Shown: positions 17,266 to 26,762 of the stretch, piece by piece | Position numbering within the stretch: the stretch's first letter is position 1 | Layout of the letters: every line of letters starts with the position of its first letter | From: an uncultured Desulfobacteraceae bacterium | Lineage (GTDB): Bacteria; Desulfobacterota; Desulfobacteria; Desulfobacterales; CAZHA01 | Direction: 5' to 3' | Length of the DNA: 64,000 nucleotides | Assembly (NCBI GenBank): GCA_964530095.1 | Contig: CAZHAH010000002.1 | Span: 21,691-85,690 of the forward strand | Program-made: the position numbers and the translations under genes | The notes under the pieces: generated by a model | Told to the model about the DNA's origin: nothing | The model's input: only the letters and a program-made list of their open reading frames with translations | The model's database searches: none

Positions 17266-18747
17266 TTACTTCCTATTCACACGCATAGAAATTGACGCAA
17301 GTTCTATCCCAGCATTTTTTTTCTTGGAATCCAAAAAAGCCTCTAGCTCTCGCACAGCTTCATCAGGCAGAGGTTCCTCTTGCGCATGGTTTTTCAAGAT
17401 GTCACTTATCAGGTCCTGGGATTTTTCTTCGGCCGTGCGGCCACCGGCTGCTTCCCAAATATCGTATTTGTCCCGGTCCAGGATAGTGGGTATAAAGTGC
17501 TCGGTGCGAAAATACTTAAAGGTATGATCGCAGCTCAAGAAATCTCCCCTGGGGCCTACTGCCTTGATTTCCTCAAAGGCCAGTGTATCGTTATTCACAG
17601 CGATGCCATCTGCCACTCGTTTGGACATGGCTATGATCTCATTATCAACCACCGTTTTCTCATAAGAGGCTCCCAGAGTATTTTCCAGCTCACCGCCGGC
17701 ATGATTAACATAGGTGACTCCCCCTAACAGACAAAGTAGATTGCTCATTAGACTTTCTACGCCTGCTTGCATTCCCAAACAGTTGGCATCGCTGGCGCCA
17801 CCGGTTCCCCGGCTGGGAATTCCATAATAGCGTGCCATCTGGGCAGTTGCCATGGAAAGTAGATCTGCTTCTGGAGCGCCATAGGGTAGAATGGTTGTCC
17901 GCATGTCCAATGCAGAGCATACGCAGCCGAACATGACCGGATTTCCGGGGTTGATGAGCTGAGCATAGGTGGCATGTGCCATAAACTCCGCTATTGCCTG
18001 GGCTAAGGCCCCGGCAATGGTCGCAGGACCCGTAGCCCCAGCCATCACTTCGGGAGCAATCATCAGCGGTATCTTTCGGTGGGCATATTCTGACAGCGCT
18101 TCCAACTCCTCGGCTGAGTTGGCCAGGGGGCTTTTGGTGTTGCACACCACCATGATGGGAAGCTGTCCCTTGGGCATGCCACACGCATCAGCTACAATCT
18201 CGGCAATCGTAATATGGTCCCGGGCACACTGACCATTAAAGGTTGTGCCCAGCACAGGTTTATTACTATGGATTAAGCTGGTTATAAACGCCCAGGCTTC
18301 TAAAACTCCTGGAGCCAAGCTGGCAGGATAGACACCTACAGTGGATATTTCATAATGCGGCAGGGCATCCGTCAGACGGGAGAAATCAATTCCATCCTGT
18401 TCAACTGCGGCGCGATGTTTACCACCGGCATCAATTACATTCAGGGCACAATTGGGGCCACTATAATATGTGTCTATGCCATTCATATCCAGGCTGTATT
18501 TGGGGTTACGCGCATGGAAGGTAAAGCGGGACGGAAGTTTTTTAAAACTGTTTTCAATCAAGCTGGCGGGAATCCGCACGATTTGCTTATCGAAATCTAC
18601 TTGAGCGCCCGCAGCATCATAGAGATCTAAAGCCTCCTGAAAAGGCATGCATAAGCCGATTTCCTCTACGATTCGCAGAGCCGTTAGGTGAATCTTTTTC
18701 ACATCATCCGGGGTGAGAACTTCGTAATAATTTGGGTGCTTGTCCAT
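17266..18747 (-). CDS. MttB-superfamily methyltransferase without an amber codon (quaternary-amine/betaine type, substrate unknown)
   Basis: 493 aa, colinear with the mttB next door. Ala occupies the Pyl column (SRGTGGASDANCLGMQAG). Confidence 0.85.
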   Translation of the reverse strand: MDKHPNYYEVLTPDDVKKIHLTALRIVEEIGLCMPFQEALDLYDAAGAQVDFDKQIVRIPASLIENSFKKLPSRFTFHARNPKYSLDMNGIDTYYSGPNCALNVIDAGGKHRAAVEQDGIDFSRLTDALPHYEISTVGVYPASLAPGVLEAWAFITSLIHSNKPVLGTTFNGQCARDHITIAEIVADACGMPKGQLPIMVVCNTKSPLANSAEELEALSEYAHRKIPLMIAPEVMAGATGPATIAGALAQAIAEFMAHATYAQLINPGNPVMFGCVCSALDMRTTILPYGAPEADLLSMATAQMARYYGIPSRGTGGASDANCLGMQAGVESLMSNLLCLLGGVTYVNHAGGELENTLGASYEKTVVDNEIIAMSKRVADGIAVNNDTLAFEEIKAVGPRGDFLSCDHTFKYFRTEHFIPTILDRDKYDIWEAAGGRTAEEKSQDLISDILKNHAQEEPLPDEAVRELEAFLDSKKKNAGIELASISMRVNRK

Positions 18748-18879
18748 CTATTTCGTCCTTTCAATATAATTTTGTAGAATATCGTGTTTAAATTCTCGTC
18801 TGTTGTTCCGATTGACTCTGGCAGCCATTGATATGTCTTCTGAGGCCCCTATCTACTCTGGAGGAGCTTGAAGATGTTC

Positions 18880-20037
18880 TTATTTGAGTACCAATCTATC
18901 TAAAGGGGTATGTGTAATGACCTCCAGTCCATCTTCATTTAATATCGCAGTATTGGAAATAAATGGGTCTGCAGGATGCCCCAGGTTGATCCAGGATTCC
19001 AGGTGGAAAACCATGCCTGCCTTGAGTTCTCGATCACTTTCGGCACGCAGGCTTCTGACCTTGGTGCCCCCTACCCAGCTGGGAGGAAAACCGATTCCGG
19101 TGATATATCCGCAGTGATGGCGATGATAATCGATGCCTGCCTTATCCACAACCGCCTGCCAGGCGTTATAGGCATCGGCGGCGGTCATCCCTGGTTTTAC
19201 AGTGGAAATCAGGGTATCATTCGCTTCCAGATTGATTTTCATAAGATCTTCTGCCCCCTCAGGAGCCTGACCCATATAGACGACCCTGGTTTCCGGGGCA
19301 TGATAGCGGCGATAGCAGCCACTCACACAGATCGCCAGGGGATCGCCCTGCTTGAGATCATATGGGTTCCAACTGGCATGTTCCTGGTGCAGATTGGTCG
19401 GGGAGTGCACAAATGGGGCAAATCCAGGAATTTCACTTCCAGCCTTTATCATGGCTTTATAAAGTTCTGCGGCAACATCTTGAACTTTTATACCAACTCT
19501 TGCAATCTCGTGAGCTGCGTGCATGGCAGCATCGGATGCATGGGCAGCCTTCCTGGTGTATTCCAGTTCTTTGGGTGACTTGCAGTCCCTTAGGTCCTCG
19601 ATAATGCCGGAGGCATCCACGAAAGTGGCATTGCCAAGCCCCTCCACAATAGTCTCGGCATCATGCACCGTAAAAAAAGCATGATCTTTTTCCATGCCGA
19701 TCCGTTTTTTGTCCAGTTTGTGATCTTTAATTCGGGCCACGGTAAACTCAGCTGAATCTTCATCATCAGTGTGTCCATACCACAGAGCCAGATCTCCCAC
19801 CTGCTCGTTAATCACCACTTCTTCCATGGCCCTGGTGATGAGGATTAATTTGCCATCCTGTGGTACAATGAGCATCTGGTAAGCGAAGTGGCCCTGGTGA
19901 TCTAAACCGGTAAGGTAAAAGATGTTTTCCGGGCTGGAAACCAAAAAAATTTCCAGGTCTCTTTTTGCCATTTCATTACGCACAGCCCGCAGGCGTTTAT
20001 CATATTCCTCCTTACTAAAATAATCATGAACCCACAT
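18880..20037 (-). CDS. M24-fold hydrolase, creatinase/ectoine-hydrolase-like (paralogue 2)
   Basis: ENIFYLTGLDHQGHFAYQMLIV, SGCYRRYHAPETR, RHHCGYITG. Closest to 12418..13578. Start moved to ATG 20037 by alignment with that paralogue. Confidence 0.75.
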   Translation of the reverse strand: MWVHDYFSKEEYDKRLRAVRNEMAKRDLEIFLVSSPENIFYLTGLDHQGHFAYQMLIVPQDGKLILITRAMEEVVINEQVGDLALWYGHTDDEDSAEFTVARIKDHKLDKKRIGMEKDHAFFTVHDAETIVEGLGNATFVDASGIIEDLRDCKSPKELEYTRKAAHASDAAMHAAHEIARVGIKVQDVAAELYKAMIKAGSEIPGFAPFVHSPTNLHQEHASWNPYDLKQGDPLAICVSGCYRRYHAPETRVVYMGQAPEGAEDLMKINLEANDTLISTVKPGMTAADAYNAWQAVVDKAGIDYHRHHCGYITGIGFPPSWVGGTKVRSLRAESDRELKAGMVFHLESWINLGHPADPFISNTAILNEDGLEVITHTPLDRLVLK

Positions 20038-20175
20038 AGCTCCTATCCTTTTCAAACCGCCAAACTTAAGTGCCTGCATGGCACTTTATTTCGTGTATCC
20101 TTTTGTCCACATGGTACCTATTGATTCACCTGAGCAAAGTCGATAAAAGGTTCCTCGATGATCGTTGTTGAAATA

Positions 20176-21330
20176 TCACAGCATAATCAAATCCCTTGTA
20201 TATTTCGATAAAATTTCCACGCCGGTTTCTGTCACCAGGACATTGTCGATAATTCTAACGCCAAACTTTTCTTCATGAATATAAATGGGAGGCTCTATCG
20301 TTATGACCATACCAGCCTTAAGGATTTTCTCACTCCCGCCGAACAGCTCAAGCGTGTCGCACCATGAAGGTGGATAACCCGGAGCTAAGCTGTAGCCTGT
20401 CAAATGGGTGCGATACTTATCCATCCCAGCGTCTGCAATGATTCTTTTTGCTGCCTCGTGCGGGATAGCAGCAGGCACTCCTGGTCTTATCTCAGCTATC
20501 GCTGCATCGCATGCCTCGCGAACGATGTTATATATTTCCTGAACTCGAGGTCTGGGTTTACCGAGACACATTTGCCGTCCAACGGTACTGACATACCTTT
20601 TATATACGGAACCCCATTCGGTAGTTATGTCATCACCCCTTTTTATTTTTCGTTGTGTTGGCAAGGCGTGCGGGTAGCAGGTTCTTTTTCCGGTGCCGAT
20701 GTTCATTGGGCTTGGGCTAGAATCACTGCCCAGCTTAAGTAATGTATAGGTGATTTCAGCGCTAAGCTCGATTTCGGTCATACCCTCACGGACCACTTCG
20801 ATACACCTCTGCAACCCTGCATCCCCGATTTCAGCGGCCCTTTTTATATATTCCAACTCCTTTGGAGACTTGACATGCTTCAGTCTGGCTACAAAATCCG
20901 GATCCTCCAGAACCAAAGAATCGCCAAGGTAATCTTTGATGTCCAGGTAGTCATAAATACCCAGATAGTAGTAAGGCGCCTCCAAACCGATCCGAAGTTT
21001 TAAATAGTTCCCCGCCTGCATTACCTTATTAATAGCCTCAATCGGCTTTTCCGGCTCGCGACCACCCCAACCCACGACCTCATCAGCCAGACTTGTATCT
21101 ATATATTCTGCTACTTCTGCCAATCTGGTGATGATGACAAGGGGTTTTTCCTCCTGCGGAAAAAACAGACATTGGAATTCCTGATAGCTTTTTGCTCTGG
21201 AACCGAGAAGCCAATGGATGCTGATCGGCGAGGTAATCAGCATTAAATCGATCTGAGCCTCTGCCATCGCCGTTCTCAGTTTGACGTGTCTTTGCTGAAA
21301 TTCATTCATTGAAAAGTCTTCTTTAGACAT
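20176..21330 (-). CDS. M24-fold hydrolase (paralogue 3, most divergent)
   Basis: Creatinase_N-like N-terminal domain. WGSVYKRYVSTVGR and THLTGYSLA. GGGGAGAG RBS. Confidence 0.7.
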   Translation of the reverse strand: MSKEDFSMNEFQQRHVKLRTAMAEAQIDLMLITSPISIHWLLGSRAKSYQEFQCLFFPQEEKPLVIITRLAEVAEYIDTSLADEVVGWGGREPEKPIEAINKVMQAGNYLKLRIGLEAPYYYLGIYDYLDIKDYLGDSLVLEDPDFVARLKHVKSPKELEYIKRAAEIGDAGLQRCIEVVREGMTEIELSAEITYTLLKLGSDSSPSPMNIGTGKRTCYPHALPTQRKIKRGDDITTEWGSVYKRYVSTVGRQMCLGKPRPRVQEIYNIVREACDAAIAEIRPGVPAAIPHEAAKRIIADAGMDKYRTHLTGYSLAPGYPPSWCDTLELFGGSEKILKAGMVITIEPPIYIHEEKFGVRIIDNVLVTETGVEILSKYTRDLIML

Positions 21331-21367
21331 ATACTCTCCCCTAAAGGCTACCTAAAATAAAATTCTC

Positions 21368-22555
21368 TTAGACTTTCATATTATTGAAAAATTTAAATGC
21401 TGTACGAATATAGATCTCAACACCGATATTAAGTGCATCCTCATCAATATTAAACTGTGGATGGTGATGGGGAAAGCAGGTCCCTTTGGCCTCGTTTCCC
21501 GTACCAACAAAAAGGAATGCGCTCGGTACCCGATCCGCGAACTCCGCAAAATCCTCACCAGCCATGGACACAAAGGAAACAATAGACCGAGGATCGCCCA
21601 GAACCTCTTGGACAACCGGGCGAACCAGCTCGATCATGTCTGGATCATTGGCCAAAGCCGGATGGCCGTAAATCAACGATAACTCATATTCGGCGCGGTG
21701 GGTCCGACAGATGCCGGCAATGATTCTTTCAAAACGCTCACTCAGTTTTTCTTTTCCATCTTCAGCTTCTTCATACAGAAATCGAATCGTTCCGGAGAGT
21801 TTCACTTTGTCCGGGATTATGTTCCAGGCGGTTCCCCCCTTGATTTCACCGAACACGATACTGGTTGGTGTGAGCACATCAAGTTCGCGCGTTTGAATGA
21901 TTTGAAGCGTCTGAACCACCTCAGCGGCAGTGATGATTGGGTCCACGGCGCTCTGGGGGGTCGCTGTATGTCCACCACGACCGATGATGGTTATCTCAAA
22001 ATAATACATTCCGGCCATAACGGGGCCGGCTTCAACCGCGATTTTGCCGGTTGCGATGGGACTCCAGAGATGAATGCCCAGGCAAGCGTCGACCGGCGGG
22101 TCTTCGCGCACACCGGCTTCAATCATGGCCATGGCGCCGCCGTTCTCTTCATTGGGTTGAAATACGAATTTGATATTTCCGCGCAGATTTTCACGGCTTT
22201 GGGAAAGGATTTTTGCCGCTCCAAGGAGCATGGCCATATGGCCGTCGTGGCCGCAGGCATGCATTTTGCCGTCAATCCGCGAACGGTAGGGGACATCACA
22301 TTCTTCCCGGATGGGCAGGGCGTCCATATCCGCGCGGAGCATAAAGGTGGGGCCTTTTACGGCGCCGCTCAAAAGACCCACCACGCCCGTTCCGCTGACG
22401 CCGGTTTTAACTTCCAATCCGCATTGCTGCATATATTCGGCAATCTTTTCGGCGGTTTTAAATTCTTCGTGACCGAGTTCCGGGTATTGATGGAAATAAC
22501 GGCGTAATTCCACGACTTCATCATTTAAGGCGAGAACTTCTGGTGAAATTTTCAT
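21368..22555 (-). CDS. M20D amidohydrolase (N-acyl-amino-acid deacylase / hippurate hydrolase type)
   Basis: LRRYFHQYPELGHEEFKT, RADMDALP, MHACGHDGHMAMLLGAA. Confidence 0.85.
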   Translation of the reverse strand: MKISPEVLALNDEVVELRRYFHQYPELGHEEFKTAEKIAEYMQQCGLEVKTGVSGTGVVGLLSGAVKGPTFMLRADMDALPIREECDVPYRSRIDGKMHACGHDGHMAMLLGAAKILSQSRENLRGNIKFVFQPNEENGGAMAMIEAGVREDPPVDACLGIHLWSPIATGKIAVEAGPVMAGMYYFEITIIGRGGHTATPQSAVDPIITAAEVVQTLQIIQTRELDVLTPTSIVFGEIKGGTAWNIIPDKVKLSGTIRFLYEEAEDGKEKLSERFERIIAGICRTHRAEYELSLIYGHPALANDPDMIELVRPVVQEVLGDPRSIVSFVSMAGEDFAEFADRVPSAFLFVGTGNEAKGTCFPHHHPQFNIDEDALNIGVEIYIRTAFKFFNNMKV

Positions 22556-22609
22556 TGCGGGCCTCTTTATCTACGCAAATGCACTTGTCGGTAAGGATTT
22601 GCGTTAGGG

Positions 22610-23332
22610 TTAGGATTTCGGTTCAAGCCGGAACAGCTGACCGTATCCTTCATTCTTGGAATTGACGCCTGCTAGGCGCAGCAAGTCCCACACGGTGGCC
22701 TGGTTGGCGCTGACGACCGGTTTGCCAAGGTCTTGCTCCAATACCCGAAGAACTTCCACGGTACGAAAATTGGTACAGCTGATAAAGATGGCATCCGCCG
22801 CGCTGTTATCTGCCGCCTTTGCCAGCCGATACGCAGCGCCTGCGGGTTGATTGAATATCTCACGGTAAAGGCCCAGGCCTTGGAGAACGACGACCTCAAA
22901 CCCGCTGTCTTCCATGAAGGTTTTCAAACGTGCGTTGATTTCGTCTGGGTAAGGAGTGACGATGGAAATTTTTTTAGATCCAAGAGCCTTGAGCGCCCGG
23001 ACTGCGGCCGTCGTAGAGGTGGTGCAGGGAGCGCCGGCAGCGGTTTCCATACGGCGAATAATTTCCAAATCACTATCAACCCCGTGTACAAAACTTCCGG
23101 AAGTACATGCATAGGCAATGGCATCGAGACGGATGACGTTCAGATCGGCGGCAGCCTTGTCGATATCCTCACTCTGGGTTTGCGCCTCCAATACCGCCAG
23201 GGTTTGTTCTTCCTGAGGAACGCTTATGCGCGTAATGTGGACACTAACCCCGCGAGGGGCCAATTCCCAATATTCGTGATCCAATGCACCGTCAGCCGGG
23301 TAAATGATCCCTAATTTGGCTCTCCAAGACAT
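22610..23332 (-). CDS. Maleate cis-trans isomerase / arylmalonate decarboxylase / EutA-like protein with both catalytic-type Cys
   Basis: KLGIIYPADG, AYACTSGSF (Cys76 by my count), AIFISCTNF (Cys186). Confidence 0.75.
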   Translation of the reverse strand: MSWRAKLGIIYPADGALDHEYWELAPRGVSVHITRISVPQEEQTLAVLEAQTQSEDIDKAAADLNVIRLDAIAYACTSGSFVHGVDSDLEIIRRMETAAGAPCTTSTTAAVRALKALGSKKISIVTPYPDEINARLKTFMEDSGFEVVVLQGLGLYREIFNQPAGAAYRLAKAADNSAADAIFISCTNFRTVEVLRVLEQDLGKPVVSANQATVWDLLRLAGVNSKNEGYGQLFRLEPKS

Positions 23333-23370
23333 GTTTCCTCCACATATTCCGTTTACAGTGTCAATAAAAC

Positions 23371-25005
23371 TTACTGCGGTGAGTTAGGTACATCTAGTGC
23401 CCGGCGCAGAATGGATATCGGATGGGCCACCGGAAGAGCGGAAGCCCCGTGCATGCGGACCTGGCACGGTCCACATTCGCTCAAAGCAATATCGGGTTTG
23501 AGAGTGCTCAATGACTCGGACAGCTGCCGGCCGACATCGGTGCTGATCTTGTATTTCTCGGCTTTGAAGCCATAACTCCCTGACTGACCGCAGCAGTTGG
23601 CATCCAACACATCAACTTTGAACTCGGGGATCTTTTCAAGGATCTCAACAAGCGGCCGGCCGATTTTTTGCGTGCGCAAATGACACGGCGTATGATAGGC
23701 TGCATGTAAAGGAACGGGATTTAAGTCGAGCTGCAACTCCCCGGTCTCGATGAGGTGGCGCAGATATTCTCCGAGGTCATGTGTACGGGCAGCGATATCG
23801 GCGGCGTTTGCCATCCCCAGCACTTCTGAGTACTCATGTTTGAGCATCAAGCTGCAGCTGGTACAGCTGGCAATAATCTCATATCCCCGGTCGCACCAGG
23901 GTTGGAGCGCTGAGATATTCGCTTCAGCCAGTTTTCGTGCGCTGTCCATATCACCGCTGCTGACCAGCGGCAACCCGCAGCAACACTGTTGTGGAATCTC
24001 GACGTGAAATCCCAGATTTTCAAACACCGCAACCGCGTCTTTACCGGGATCGGTGTCATTGTAATGCGTATAACATCCGACAAAATAGATGATCTTGCGT
24101 TTGGCGGTGCCAGGTTCGGCCTTCGGCAAACGCTGTTTAATCCAGTGCTTAAATGGTCGGGCATACGGCACCATCTCTGCCTTGCGACTGATGCCTAATG
24201 CAGTTTCCATGCCGCTGCGTACAAGGGTGCTTGCCAAAAGGCGGTTGCTCAGGGACGGAAAAAGGCCGCCCATTTTTCCCATCAACTCGGCGCGCCCCAG
24301 CATCCAATCCCTTAAGCTGCGACCTTTCTCCCGAACATAAGCATCTTTCACTTGGGCGTTTATACGGTTCAAGGCAACGCCGGAGGGGCACGCCACGTGA
24401 CAATTCAGGCACAGACTGCAGAAATCGGTGTTTTCTTCAATGGGGGCCGCCTTGGTGCCGTCTCTGTCGATTCTAACGCCGGATGACATCACTTCGGTAA
24501 TGACGGCCGGGCTGGGGAAGCTGTCATCCATTTCAGCGGCCACCGGACACGCCGCGTTACATACCAGGCACCCGATGCAGCAGGACAGGTTGGCGTAGTC
24601 GATCTCGGACTCAGGCAAAGCGGCCGCCGGTTGCGGCCCACTTGCAGCGGTCTCACCGTATGAAAGCGTTTGTACAAATCCGGTTTGGTAACGCTCCCGG
24701 TCAACAATGAGATCTCTGATAACCGGGAAGTTTGGCAGCGGCCCGATGTGAAGATCATTTCCATCGACCATCGTTCGGCAGGCCAGAACCGGCTTGCCGT
24801 TCACTTCGACCGCACAGCTACCGCATTTGCCCGCTTCACAGGACGAGCGAAAGGCCAAACTGTCGTCCTGGGAATTCTGGATTTCTGCCAACACCTCCAG
24901 AACGGTCTGGCTGGGATAATGTTTCAGTTCATACGGTTGCACGTACGATGCGGGTGTTGCCTCGTTTTGATAACGATCAATCTCTACTTTAAACGTTTTA
25001 GCCAT
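23371..25005 (-). CDS. TfrB-like iron-sulfur subunit: SdhB-type 2Fe-2S + two 4Fe-4S motifs + two CCG domains
   Basis: CEAGKCGSCAVEVNGKPVLAC; CIGCLVCNAACP; CSLCLNCHVACP; QQCCCGLP and ANCCGQSGSYG. Confidence 0.8.
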   Translation of the reverse strand: MAKTFKVEIDRYQNEATPASYVQPYELKHYPSQTVLEVLAEIQNSQDDSLAFRSSCEAGKCGSCAVEVNGKPVLACRTMVDGNDLHIGPLPNFPVIRDLIVDRERYQTGFVQTLSYGETAASGPQPAAALPESEIDYANLSCCIGCLVCNAACPVAAEMDDSFPSPAVITEVMSSGVRIDRDGTKAAPIEENTDFCSLCLNCHVACPSGVALNRINAQVKDAYVREKGRSLRDWMLGRAELMGKMGGLFPSLSNRLLASTLVRSGMETALGISRKAEMVPYARPFKHWIKQRLPKAEPGTAKRKIIYFVGCYTHYNDTDPGKDAVAVFENLGFHVEIPQQCCCGLPLVSSGDMDSARKLAEANISALQPWCDRGYEIIASCTSCSLMLKHEYSEVLGMANAADIAARTHDLGEYLRHLIETGELQLDLNPVPLHAAYHTPCHLRTQKIGRPLVEILEKIPEFKVDVLDANCCGQSGSYGFKAEKYKISTDVGRQLSESLSTLKPDIALSECGPCQVRMHGASALPVAHPISILRRALDVPNSPQ

Positions 25006-25037
25006 TGGTTCACCTTTACAGTGTCCTTGCTTACGGT

Positions 25038-26720
25038 TTATTCTGGATGAATCTCGGTGATATCAACAGGTCTCACCCCCGCACGCATGCCCTGAGCCTC
25101 CTCGTCCATCTCGATGACGGTGCAGTACGGGGGCGTTGTGGCATCGAGCTGGGGAAAGTTCTCCACATAGTGAGCACCACGGCTTTCCTTTCTCATTTGT
25201 GCGGCAGTGACGATCATTTGGGCCACTTTTACCATTTTTTCAACATCCAGGTAAGCCAGGAGACTATAGTTGTGGTGCAATCCCGACCCGTTGATGCCGA
25301 TCCCGGGGAGTAATTCTTGCTCAATTTCTTCCAGGGCTTGCTTGGCTGTTTCCAGACCTTTGACTGTCCTTGAAACGTACACATGCGCTTGCATCACCCG
25401 CCGTAACCGGTCCTTTGCCTGGGCAGCGGTCAGTTCGGAAACGCCTCGATTGAGAAGGCCCTGTATGCGCGAGGTCTCCTCTGCCACCTGATTTTTGTCC
25501 GGCACCCGGCGATCAGTCTGGTCTGCATACCGGGAGGCGCTGGTGCCTGCGCGTGACCCGAATACGAGAATCTCTGACAAACTGTTTCCGCTGAGACGGT
25601 TGCCGCCCTGCACGCCGCCTGAGACTTCACCTGCCGCAAATAGGCCCGGGGCTGTGGATCGTGCGTCGCGATCAATAGCTACGCCGCCCATGAAAAAGTG
25701 CGCCGAGGGTGCAATCTCTACGCGCTGATGACGGTAATCAAAGCCGCGTTCAGCGCAGATTTCCCATTCGTACTTGAAGCTGCGCAATGTTTCCTCGGGA
25801 ACTTCGGTGGCATCCAGAAAAACCCCGCCATGTTGGGTGCCGCGACCTTCGGTAATTTCGGTATAGATGCCGCGGGCCAGCCGATCTCGGGTGGTATGTT
25901 CCAGCAACTCCGGTTCGTATTTGGCCATGAAGCGCTCATTTCCAGCGTTGTAGAGTTTGGCATACTCTTGAACACCCAGAATAAAGCCATGCAGGGATCT
26001 AGGGTATACCAGCCCACAGGGATAGAATTGAACCTGTTCCATATTGATCAGACTGGCACCAGCCGCCAGCGCCAGTGCCAGACCGTCCCCGGTAACTTTG
26101 ATTGGGTTGCTGGTAACAGGATACAGCTGGCCGACACCACCGGTGGCCAGCACAACGGCCAAGGCATTGACCTGAACGATTTCGCCGTTGCCTAAATCCA
26201 CTCCCATGGCACCGATTACGCTGCCGCCATGGGTAAGCAGGCGCGTTGTGGTTATATCCGGGTGGTGATCGACCCCCTGGCGAAGCAGTTGGGCGCGGAG
26301 CACTTTCGTCATCTGGAGCCCCACGCGGTCACTGATGGCCATCACGCGGGGATAACTGTGCCCACCGGCACGGTCCAAAACATAGCGCCCATCCGATTCT
26401 TTGTCGAAGCGAAGTCCCCACTTTTCCATTTCCATGACGCGATCCTGGGCTTCGGCCGTCAACACGCGCACCAGCGGCTGATCGCTCAAGTAAGATCCGC
26501 CCACAATCGTGTCGCGAAAGTGAACATCAACCGAGTCTTCGGGTACGCTCCATGGGCCTACGGCCGATACGCCGGCGCCGCTCACTGTGCCGCCGCTGCG
26601 CCCCACCAGCCCTTTGTCCCAGATGGTAACTCGCCGACCGGCTTCAGAGGCACGGATAGCGGCATACAGACCGGCACCCCCTGTGCCGATCACCAATACA
26701 TCAGTCTCAAAAACCCTCAA
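25038..26720 (-). CDS. FAD flavoprotein of the SdhA/FrdA/TfrA/NadB family
   Basis: TTG start with AGGAGG 7 nt upstream. VLVIGTGGAGLYAAIRASEAG, HFFMGGVAID, LFAAGEVSGGVQGGNRLSGNSL. No membrane-anchor gene nearby. Confidence 0.8.
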   Translation of the reverse strand: MRVFETDVLVIGTGGAGLYAAIRASEAGRRVTIWDKGLVGRSGGTVSGAGVSAVGPWSVPEDSVDVHFRDTIVGGSYLSDQPLVRVLTAEAQDRVMEMEKWGLRFDKESDGRYVLDRAGGHSYPRVMAISDRVGLQMTKVLRAQLLRQGVDHHPDITTTRLLTHGGSVIGAMGVDLGNGEIVQVNALAVVLATGGVGQLYPVTSNPIKVTGDGLALALAAGASLINMEQVQFYPCGLVYPRSLHGFILGVQEYAKLYNAGNERFMAKYEPELLEHTTRDRLARGIYTEITEGRGTQHGGVFLDATEVPEETLRSFKYEWEICAERGFDYRHQRVEIAPSAHFFMGGVAIDRDARSTAPGLFAAGEVSGGVQGGNRLSGNSLSEILVFGSRAGTSASRYADQTDRRVPDKNQVAEETSRIQGLLNRGVSELTAAQAKDRLRRVMQAHVYVSRTVKGLETAKQALEEIEQELLPGIGINGSGLHHNYSLLAYLDVEKMVKVAQMIVTAAQMRKESRGAHYVENFPQLDATTPPYCTVIEMDEEAQGMRAGVRPVDITEIHPE

Positions 26721-26762
26721 GATTATTCCTCCTCGTTTCTATGGAGCGATGTCTGTTTGTCT

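Noticed and set aside
21698-22507. 269-aa ORF antisense to the M20 amidohydrolase
   Set aside because: Same reasoning. The sense gene has textbook M20 motifs and the antisense product is low-complexity.
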